Of a stretch of 18,012 nucleotides of DNA, positions 1 to 7,341 are shown piece after piece (positions within the stretch are counted from its first letter, which is position 1; every line of letters begins with the position of its first letter). Source of the DNA: a bacterium (GTDB taxonomy: Bacteria > Sysuimicrobiota > Sysuimicrobiia > Sysuimicrobiales > Humicultoraceae). The position numbers and the translations under genes were made by a program. The notes under the pieces were generated by a model, which was not told the DNA's origin, made no database searches, and was given only the letters and a program-made list of their open reading frames with translations. The stretch covers positions 1 to 18,012 of the forward strand of contig JBGQGY010000081.1 in NCBI GenBank assembly GCA_041497675.1, in the 5' to 3' direction.

Positions 1-857
1 CACCCCGCCGGCTGGAGGACGGGTTGGTAGAACCGGTCGACCTCGCCTGCCGGGGGCGGCACCAGCCACAGGTGGACGGCGCACTCGGCATCGTTACCGA
101 CACGCGCCACGCCCTCAGCGCCGTGGAACTCCATGTAGCCGTGCGTGGCGCGCCTGCGCGCATCGACGTACGCTCGCACACCCGAATCGAACTCGATGTA
201 CGCGCTTCCCGGAGGGTCGGCGGCCGCGGCATCGCCGTCCAGCCGGCCAAAGACCCTCTTTGCCTCTCCGGCGCCAAAGTAGCGGCACAGATCGAAGAAG
301 TGGACGCCCGAGTGGACGAGCAGCGGGCCCGGATAGCAGATCACCGTGCGCAGCGCGCCGATCGCGCCTGTACGCACGCGTTCGGCCAGCGCCTGGACCC
401 CTGCGGCGAAGCGAAACGTCAGGTTGACGACAAGGGGGATGCGGGCGCGGTCACCGGCGGCGACGATCGCATCGGCTTCCGCGATTGAGGCGGAGAGATG
501 TTTTTCAAGGAGCAGCGCCCGCGCTCCTGACGCGATCGCATCAAGGGTCGGCTGGTAGCGGTCGGCGGCGCGCGTGCAGACGCTGACGATATCGGGATGT
601 TCCCGTTCTAGCATTTCCTTGTGATCCGCGTAAGCCTTCAGACCCCAGCGTGCGGCAAATGCGCCGCAACGCTGGGAGTCAGGATCGGCGCCGGCGACCA
701 GGCGGATTCTCGGATGGGCCGCAAACTGACCGGCGTGCGTGCACGGCCGAGCACGCCACGACTCGTCCCGGATGTGCATGTCGGCCCATGGGTCGTCGAG
801 CAGGCTGCCGATGCGGCCCAACCCAATGATGGCGGCGGTGTAGATCGGGCCGCTCAC
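1..857 (-). CDS. Gfo/Idh/MocA family oxidoreductase (partial, runs off the left edge; absent from the ORF track)
   Basis: Hand translation from GTG at 857 (GTGA overlap with the upstream stop) stays open to the window edge: VSGPIYTAAIIGLGRIGSLLDD...THAGQF...LVAGADPD...AYADHKEMLEREHPDIVSVCT...LLLEKHLS...VVNLTFRF...HSGVHFFDLCRYF. It has a Rossmann GxGxxG, an EKP-like EKH and an HxxD motif. Confidence 0.88.
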   Translation of the reverse strand, partial: MSGPIYTAAIIGLGRIGSLLDDPWADMHIRDESWRARPCTHAGQFAAHPRIRLVAGADPDSQRCGAFAARWGLKAYADHKEMLEREHPDIVSVCTRAADRYQPTLDAIASGARALLLEKHLSASIAEADAIVAAGDRARIPLVVNLTFRFAAGVQALAERVRTGAIGALRTVICYPGPLLVHSGVHFFDLCRYFGAGEAKRVFGRLDGDAAAADPPGSAYIEFDSGVRAYVDARRRATHGYMEFHGAEGVARVGNDAECAVHLWLVPPPAGEVDRFYQPVLQPAG

Positions 858-1726
858 TTCAGGTCGCGAACGTGCACCCGCTTGCCGGTCCGCGCCGATT
901 CCCGCGCGCCGCAGAGGATCCGCATGACCTCCAGCGTTTCTTCAACCGGCACCGGGACCTCACCGGTCCGCACCATGCGCAGGAACGCTCTCGTCTCGTC
1001 CGCAAACATCGGGTTGGCCGACGTGTCCGCTACCACGGCGTGATCCTGCCCGCGCTCATTATATGTTCGGAGCTCAAAGATTCTTCCGGCATCACGCAAT
1101 ACCAGAACCAACCCGGTTTTGCCGTCCGCATAGTGCACGTGGACCACGTCACGGTCCCCGCCTTCTGTCCGGTTTTCGACCCACTCGACGCCGGTGCCCA
1201 GGACGGCAACGAGCATTTCGGTCGGGTGGACCCCGTAGTAGAGGAGCTCGCGGTAGCCGACGCTGATGGCCACACGGATAGGCCCGAGGTCCTTGGCGCG
1301 TTCCTTCAGGGCCTGGATCTCCCAGTCGAACCTCAACGCCGAGCACGAGAACATCGGTGTCCCCGTGTCGCGGGCGCAGGCGATGATCGCGTTGGCGTCG
1401 GCCATGTCGTCCGCCAGCGGTTTGTTGATAAAGACGGGTAATCGGGCACGGAGCAGCGGGATGGCCTGCGCGGCGTGTTTGCGCTGGTCTTTTTCGACGA
1501 TCAGGATGGCGTCGACGTGACCGATCATGTCTTCCGGCCGGCCCACGATCTCGGCCACCTGATGCTCCTTAGCGAACGCCGCCGCGCGGTCCCGGTCCTC
1601 ATCCCAGATCGCCGTCAGCCGTGCCCGCGGCTCGGCCGGCGCCCCCGGCGCGTCGGCATCCCACAGCAGTCTCGCGTAGATCGGTGCATGAGGCGTATTG
1701 ACGCCTACCATACCGACGCGTACCAT
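854..1726 (-). CDS. Gfo/Idh/MocA family oxidoreductase (290 aa)
   Basis: The ORF track gives 854..1906, but the likely start is ATG at 1726 (MVRVGMVGVNTPHA), with a TGATG overlap and a GGGGG SD-like run upstream. Motifs: VFINKPLA, FSCSALRF, YYGVHPTEML. Confidence 0.85.
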   Translation of the reverse strand: MVRVGMVGVNTPHAPIYARLLWDADAPGAPAEPRARLTAIWDEDRDRAAAFAKEHQVAEIVGRPEDMIGHVDAILIVEKDQRKHAAQAIPLLRARLPVFINKPLADDMADANAIIACARDTGTPMFSCSALRFDWEIQALKERAKDLGPIRVAISVGYRELLYYGVHPTEMLVAVLGTGVEWVENRTEGGDRDVVHVHYADGKTGLVLVLRDAGRIFELRTYNERGQDHAVVADTSANPMFADETRAFLRMVRTGEVPVPVEETLEVMRILCGARESARTGKRVHVRDLK

Positions 1727-2718
1727 CAACGTCCCCCTGTTCTTATCGTGTCCGGGTTCACCGGTTGTCCCGACGCCGCAGACAACCGCGCGGCCAGGAG
1801 CGCCCGCATGATCGCCTCGCTCTCCTCGAGAGGCACCGGTGTGTCGTGCGTGCGGCACATGTCCATGAAGGCGGTCATGGTGCCGGTGTAGCCAAACTCT
1901 TCCCACGGATCGACGTCGCCCAGGGAAGCGCCCCGGTGGTCGCGCACGTCGCCCTTGGGGATCGATGCGCGTAGCACGGCGTCACTGCCGTACATCTCGA
2001 CGCCGTAGAACTCGCCGCTGACGGCACCGACGATGTCCACCGTCCCAAGCAGCCCGTCTGCCCATTCGATCGTGAGGACGGCGACATCTTCAGACAACGA
2101 TCGCGTGTGAAACCGGCGGCCGGTGCGGCACGAAACCGAGCGGATCCGATACCCGACCAACACGCTCAGCATCTCGAGCGCGTGCACCCCCATCGTGACG
2201 AGCGTCCCGCCGCCCCTCGCGGGATCATCCTGCCAGACGTTCGGCTCTTTGAGATAGAGCTCGATGCTGTGCGCCGACAGACACCGCGCAGCCACCGGCG
2301 TGCCCAGCCGCCCCTGATCGAGGTGGCGTCGCAGGCTGCGGAGCGCCGGCGCGTACCGGAGTACTGATGTTGTCAACACCGGCGTACCGGTCCGGCGCAC
2401 GGCTTCACTGAGCCGGCTCAACTGCGCGGCGTCCGCCACCATTGGTTTGCCGAGGTAGACCGGAGTGCCGCGATCGACAAACACCAGCGCGTGGTCGATC
2501 CGCTCCGGCAGACGTCCGGTCACGATGACGCCGTCAATGCCGCTCGACGGTACCGCCTCCGGGGACGACACGGGGGTCGCGCCGAACCGCGTCGCGAACT
2601 CGGCCAGCCTCACGGGGTCGTCGTCCCACACGTGCGAGACCGTGTGGCCCATCCGGCCCAGGATCTGCGTGTAGCTGTATGGGTGACTGAACGCCAGCCC
2701 CACGACGGCGATCTTCAT
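1726..2718 (-). CDS. Gfo/Idh/MocA family oxidoreductase (330 aa)
   Basis: N-terminal Rossmann strand MKIAVVGLAFSHP; VYLGKPMV; TTSVLRY; GGGTLVTMGVHALEML; C-terminal VPLEESEAIMRALLAARLSA typical of the family. Confidence 0.88.
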   Translation of the reverse strand: MKIAVVGLAFSHPYSYTQILGRMGHTVSHVWDDDPVRLAEFATRFGATPVSSPEAVPSSGIDGVIVTGRLPERIDHALVFVDRGTPVYLGKPMVADAAQLSRLSEAVRRTGTPVLTTSVLRYAPALRSLRRHLDQGRLGTPVAARCLSAHSIELYLKEPNVWQDDPARGGGTLVTMGVHALEMLSVLVGYRIRSVSCRTGRRFHTRSLSEDVAVLTIEWADGLLGTVDIVGAVSGEFYGVEMYGSDAVLRASIPKGDVRDHRGASLGDVDPWEEFGYTGTMTAFMDMCRTHDTPVPLEESEAIMRALLAARLSAASGQPVNPDTIRTGGR

Positions 2719-2724
2719 TCTAGG

Positions 2725-3663
2725 CTACCGCGGCCGGGGTTCGTGTTGAACCGGGTTGTGCAAGACACCCAGACCGTCGATCGTCGCCTCGACCTGTTGG
2801 CCGTGTTGCAGGAACGTGCCGGTCGCCGACCCGGTCCCCCTGGCCGTCCCCGTTGCGATGATGTCTCCGGGCTCCAGCGTCATGATCTTGGACGCAAACA
2901 CCACGATGTCCGGGACCCGGAAGATCATCTTGGCGGTGTTGTCTGCCTGCCGGGTGTGGCCGTCGACCTTCAAGCTGAAGTTCAGGTTGTGGGGATCTTT
3001 GATTTCATCCCGCGTCACGACCCACGGGCCCATGGGAGCAAAACTGTCGAACCACTTGCCGTGCAGCCAATCGTAGAATGGATCGTCCGCCCGCGCCCGC
3101 CGCTCGAATCCAACGTTGATCCTTCGCGCCGATACGTCGTTCACGATCGTGTATCCCATGATATGTTCGTAGACGGCCGCCTCCGGGATGTACCGGCCGC
3201 GTCTGCCAATGACGATGGCGAGTTCGATCTCCCAGTCGATCCGGTCGGAGAGTGCCGGCAGCAGGATGGGATCGCCATCACCGATGATCGCGGTGCTCGG
3301 TTTGATGAAGAGCCAGGGGGTCTGCTCCGTCCGTTCGAATGTCTCGGCCCCGCCCTCGACGATATGCTCGAAGTAGTTGTTCGCCACGGCGATCAACTTG
3401 CCGGGTCGTGGCAGCGGCGGCGCCAGCCTGACGCCGGTCAGAGGCAGGCCCGCGGCACCCGACCGTACGGCCCAATCCGCCACCGCCCGGGCGCGATCGA
3501 CCCCACGCTCCTCCTGACCCAGCACGTCCAGCAACGAGTCGGAGAGCGCGGCGCCCCCCGGAGCCTTCCGGCTGGTCTCCGCGAGATCGTACACCTGGTC
3601 GTTTGCGCCGACGACCCCGGCACGCAGGGTGCCCGGCGACGTCTTGTAGGTCACGAGTTTCAC
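2725..3663 (-). CDS. Fumarylacetoacetate hydrolase (FAH) family protein (312 aa)
   Basis: Motifs NYFEH, PWLFIKP, IDWEIELAIVIG, GYTIVNDVSAR, GKWFDSFAPMGP, LEPGDIIATGT. GTG start preceded by SD AAGGAGG. Confidence 0.93.
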   Translation of the reverse strand: MKLVTYKTSPGTLRAGVVGANDQVYDLAETSRKAPGGAALSDSLLDVLGQEERGVDRARAVADWAVRSGAAGLPLTGVRLAPPLPRPGKLIAVANNYFEHIVEGGAETFERTEQTPWLFIKPSTAIIGDGDPILLPALSDRIDWEIELAIVIGRRGRYIPEAAVYEHIMGYTIVNDVSARRINVGFERRARADDPFYDWLHGKWFDSFAPMGPWVVTRDEIKDPHNLNFSLKVDGHTRQADNTAKMIFRVPDIVVFASKIMTLEPGDIIATGTARGTGSATGTFLQHGQQVEATIDGLGVLHNPVQHEPRPR

Positions 3664-4679
3664 GTCATGCCTCCTTTGTCGTACGTCAGGAGCACGGCCA
3701 TGGCCGACTCCGGCTTCTGCTGCAGCACGGCATATGCCGAGACCGCCTGATCGATCGAAAACGTGTGCGTGATCAACGGCTCGACCTGCACGAGCCCGTC
3801 GGCCATCAATCGCAGGAACTCGGCGCGATTGCGCTCCTGAGTCCAGCGCACGTAGCCGGGCGGGTAGTCGACGCCCTCTCGCTCGTACACCGGATCGTAC
3901 CGTCCCGGTCCATACGCCCTCGCGATCGTCAGCTCGAGCTCCCGGGCGAAGAATACCTCGCGATCAACCTGGATCGGCGGCGTCCCCACGATGACGAGGC
4001 GGCCCCGATCGCGGGTCAACCGCGCCGCCAGGTTGACGACGTCCCCGCCTCCGGATGTGCAGAGCAGCACGCAATCGGCGCCCATGCCGCCGCTCCACTC
4101 GCGGATCTCGTCGACGAGGGTCGCACGACGCGGGTCGGGCGTCACCTCGGCACCCAGCCGGCCGGCCAGGGCCGCCCGTGAAGATAAGAGGTCCATCGCG
4201 GCGACACGCGCACCCGCGGCGCGCGTAACCTGCGCCGCGAGTTGCCCCACCACGCCGAGCCCCATGATGACGACACGATCGCCAAGCGCGATGCGTCCCT
4301 GCCGCAGGGCGTGGATCGCCGTTGCGCCAAGCGTCGTGAAGGTCGCGGCATGCGCGCTCACCTGCGGCGGTACGGCGGTGGCCATCAGCCGCGGCACCGC
4401 CGCGAAGTCCGCGTGGTACGAGTACTCGAAGCCGGCGCACGCCACAAGGGCGCCTTCGGCCACCGCGGGCGCCTCGGGGCCGGCGCCCACGACGCGACCC
4501 ACCAGACTGTAGCCAAGCGGGCGCGCGTCGCTTTGAGACGACGCGGCGATCAAGCCGAGCTCGGTCCCCGGGCTGATGAGCGAGCAGATGGCTCGAACCA
4601 GGAACCCGTTTCGCGGCGCCACAGGTGTCTCGACGTCCTCGACAACGGCCGCGCCAGATCTTGCGATCACCCGGCGCAT
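3660..4679 (-). CDS. Medium-chain dehydrogenase/reductase (MDR, zinc-ADH-like fold; 339 aa)
   Basis: Likely start is ATG 4679 (MRRVIARSG, TGATG overlap), not 4796. Motifs SLISPGTE, PLGYSLVG, Rossmann GLGVVGQL, YGPGRYDPVYEREGVDYPPGYVRWTQERN, PLITH. Confidence 0.85.
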   Translation of the reverse strand: MRRVIARSGAAVVEDVETPVAPRNGFLVRAICSLISPGTELGLIAASSQSDARPLGYSLVGRVVGAGPEAPAVAEGALVACAGFEYSYHADFAAVPRLMATAVPPQVSAHAATFTTLGATAIHALRQGRIALGDRVVIMGLGVVGQLAAQVTRAAGARVAAMDLLSSRAALAGRLGAEVTPDPRRATLVDEIREWSGGMGADCVLLCTSGGGDVVNLAARLTRDRGRLVIVGTPPIQVDREVFFARELELTIARAYGPGRYDPVYEREGVDYPPGYVRWTQERNRAEFLRLMADGLVQVEPLITHTFSIDQAVSAYAVLQQKPESAMAVLLTYDKGGMT

Positions 4680-5566
4680 CAGACGGCCAGCGGTGCCCCC
4701 GATCCGGCCGTCGCCTGCGCGACCAGCCGGCGCAGCTCGGCGGCCAGCGGTGCCTCGAGAGGGAGGAGCGGGGGCCGCGGGTCGCCGGCCGGCCAACCAC
4801 GCATCGCCATGCCGCTCTTCAGGCCGGGGACGTACCGCCCGCTCTCTTCAAGGAAGGCACACAGCGGGCGCAGGCGGTCGAAGAGCCTGTCGGCGGCGGC
4901 CCCCTTCGCGGCGGCGTCGAAGAGCGCGACTGATTCCGCGGGGATGACATTCGCGGCGCCGGTCACCCACCCGATCGCCCCGGCGCGCAAACCGGGGAGT
5001 GCGATCGTGTCGGTGCCGATGTAGATCGCGACGCGGGGGACGCGCCGGCGGAGTTCAGCGATCCGGTCGAGCTTTCCCGAGCTCTCCTTCACCGCGACCA
5101 GCGGGACCTCGGCGACCAACTGCGCGACCATCTCGGGGGTGACATCCGTCCCGACGGCTTCAGGCGTGTTGTAGAGCATGGCGGGAAGACCGCTCGCCGC
5201 GCAGGCCTCACCGAGGTACCGACGCAGTTCTTCCATCGTGGGGCGATAGTAGTAGGGTGGCGTGAGCAGGACGCCGGCGGCGCCGGCGCGCTCGGCGTAC
5301 CGACACAGCGCGACGGTGTCTCGCGTCGACGGCGCCGAGGCTCCCAGCATGACCGGGATCCGGCTCCCGACGTGGCTCAAGGTCAGATCGAGCAGCGCCT
5401 GCCGTTCTTCCACGACCAGCGCATGACCTTCCCCGGACGACCCCGCGACGATCAGGCCGTGGATCCCGCTCGCGATCAGCGTGTCAACGTGACGGCGCAG
5501 CACGCCCAAGTCGATGCCGTCCCCGTTGAAGGGTGTGACGACCGCACAAATGACTCCGGGTACCAT
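4679..5566 (-). CDS. DapA/NAL-superfamily class I aldolase, lyase or dehydratase (295 aa); probably not true dihydrodipicolinate synthase
   Basis: AVVTPF, GSSGE keto-acid binding loop, TPPYY, LYNTP, Schiff-base Lys in AVKESSG, GAIGWVTG, PRPPL. SD GGAGG upstream of ATG 5566. Confidence 0.9.
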   Translation of the reverse strand: MVPGVICAVVTPFNGDGIDLGVLRRHVDTLIASGIHGLIVAGSSGEGHALVVEERQALLDLTLSHVGSRIPVMLGASAPSTRDTVALCRYAERAGAAGVLLTPPYYYRPTMEELRRYLGEACAASGLPAMLYNTPEAVGTDVTPEMVAQLVAEVPLVAVKESSGKLDRIAELRRRVPRVAIYIGTDTIALPGLRAGAIGWVTGAANVIPAESVALFDAAAKGAAADRLFDRLRPLCAFLEESGRYVPGLKSGMAMRGWPAGDPRPPLLPLEAPLAAELRRLVAQATAGSGAPLAV

Positions 5567-5579
5567 TCGTATCCGCCTC

Positions 5580-6434
5580 CTAGCCCTTGAGGCCGCCGGC
5601 GACCAGGCCGGTCACAATGTGCTGCTGTAGTGCCATATACAGGATCATTGTCGGGACGAAGGCGTAGGTCGCGCCGGCCATCAGGATCCCCAACTCCGGC
5701 CCGATGAGGACGCCACCCTGCGGCCGGAGCGCAGCGAGCCCGACCTGGAGCGTCCGCATCGTGTTGCTGTGCGTCATGATCAACGGGTAGAGAAAGTCGT
5801 TCCACTGGAAGATGAAGGCGAAGACGGCGAGGACGATCAACGATGGACGAAGCATGGGCATCAACACGCGCCAATAGATGCCAAAATCCGAGCATCCGTC
5901 GATGCGGGCCGCCTCGTCGAACTCCGAAGGGATCGTCTTCATCGCCTGCGTGAGCAGGAACGTTCCAAAGACGTTGGTGCCGAATGGGAGCCAGAAGGCG
6001 AAGTACGAATTCGTCAGGTGCCATCGGGTGAGCAGCACGAACAGCGGGATGAGCGTCACCTGATATGGCAGGATCACCTGGAGCATCAGGACCCAGAAGA
6101 TCACGTCTTTGCCGGGGAAACGCTTGCGCGCGAACGCGTAGGCGGCAAGCGAACACGTCACCACCTGGAGGAGCGCGACGCCGCCGGCAATCAAGAGACT
6201 GTTGGCCGTCCATCGCAGGATCATCGTGTTCTTGAACAAGTGCACATAGCTGGCCAGCGTGACCTGTTTGGGAATCCACTCGAAGGGATACGGCGGTACC
6301 GTCTCGGGTCTCAACGAATGGATGACCATCGCGACAAACGGCAACATCACAGCAGCGGCGATCGCGGACAGCGTCAGATACGCGGCGGCGCGGTTCGACG
6401 TGCGTCGGCTGAAGACGCCCGCGGCGCTAGACAT
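5580..6434 (-). CDS. Carbohydrate ABC transporter permease (MalG/UgpE-like, 284 aa)
   Basis: Hydrophobic segments, AAYAFARKRFPGKD, EAA loop EFDEAARIDGCS, FIFQWNDFLYPLI. Confidence 0.93.
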   Translation of the reverse strand: MSSAAGVFSRRTSNRAAAYLTLSAIAAAVMLPFVAMVIHSLRPETVPPYPFEWIPKQVTLASYVHLFKNTMILRWTANSLLIAGGVALLQVVTCSLAAYAFARKRFPGKDVIFWVLMLQVILPYQVTLIPLFVLLTRWHLTNSYFAFWLPFGTNVFGTFLLTQAMKTIPSEFDEAARIDGCSDFGIYWRVLMPMLRPSLIVLAVFAFIFQWNDFLYPLIMTHSNTMRTLQVGLAALRPQGGVLIGPELGILMAGATYAFVPTMILYMALQQHIVTGLVAGGLKG

Positions 6435-7320
6435 CGGTCGTCATCCGGCGCAGGAGACGGTTCTGCACGATCGACACCATCAGGACCGTCACGGTCAGGA
6501 CCACGGCGATGGCCGACGCGTAGCCCATCTTGAACGTCGAGAACCCCTGTTGGTACAGATAGTAGACGAGACTTGTGGTGGCGTACGCGGGGCCACCCTG
6601 GGTCATCATGTAGGGTTGCACGAACATCTGGAAGGCCCAAATCGTCAGCATGACGACCACCAAGAGCGTGGTGTGGTTCAGCAGCGGGATGGTGATGTGG
6701 CGAATGGTTTGCCACCCGGATGCGCCGTCGAGCCGGGCGGATTCGACGTATTCATCGGGGATGTTCTGCAGGGCCGCGAGGTAAATCAGAATCGTGTAGC
6801 CCGCGTTCTTCCACACCGACATGAACGCCAGCGAGGGCAACGCCATCGTGGGACTCAGCAGCCAGGCCAGCGGTGAAATACCGATTTTCGCCAGGGACTG
6901 GTTGAACAACCCCACGTTGAAGTCAAACATCCAGTTCCAAATAAAAGCCGCGACCACCAGTGACGTGACGGTGGGAATGTAGTAGGCGCCACGGAAGAAC
7001 GGCATGCCCGCGATGCGGAGGTTGAGCAGCAGGGCCACACCGAGCGAGACGATCAGGCACGGCACCACGTAGTACGACGCGTACAGCACGGTGTTGCTGA
7101 ACGACCGCCAGAAGACCGCATCGCCCCAGAGCGCCGCGTAGTTGCTCCACCCGACATACGCCATCCGCCCGAGTCCCCCCCAGTTGGTCAGGGAGAGGCG
7201 GATCGTGCCGATCAGCGGGTAGATGCCAAATACGAGGAACCCCAGGACCTGGGGCAGGATGAAGAGGTAGGCCGTGCGGCTGCGCGCCGCCTCGCGCAGC
7301 ACACGCGCAGCCGCACTCAT
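6427..7320 (-). CDS. Carbohydrate ABC transporter permease (MalF/UgpA-like, 297 aa)
   Basis: AYLFILP, VGWSNY, EAA loop YVESARLDGASGWQTIRHITIPLL, MTQGGP, MGYASAIA. Confidence 0.93.
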   Translation of the reverse strand: MSAAARVLREAARSRTAYLFILPQVLGFLVFGIYPLIGTIRLSLTNWGGLGRMAYVGWSNYAALWGDAVFWRSFSNTVLYASYYVVPCLIVSLGVALLLNLRIAGMPFFRGAYYIPTVTSLVVAAFIWNWMFDFNVGLFNQSLAKIGISPLAWLLSPTMALPSLAFMSVWKNAGYTILIYLAALQNIPDEYVESARLDGASGWQTIRHITIPLLNHTTLLVVVMLTIWAFQMFVQPYMMTQGGPAYATTSLVYYLYQQGFSTFKMGYASAIAVVLTVTVLMVSIVQNRLLRRMTTDV

Positions 7321-7341
7321 CGCGGTGCTCGGAGCGCCGTC

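Noticed and set aside
1727..1906. N-terminal extension of ORF 854..1906 (also those of 3660..4796, 9515..11890 and 13558..14508)
   Set aside because: The extensions overlap upstream genes or leader sequence. Internal starts at 1726, 4679, 9569 and 14448 have stop/start coupling or SD sequences and match domain boundaries.
3964..4800. Alternative-frame minus ORFs 3964..4800 and 5476..6279, and plus ORF 10807..11781
   Set aside because: Arg/Gly/Pro-rich off-frame readings nested in intact genes; there is no sign of a frameshift.
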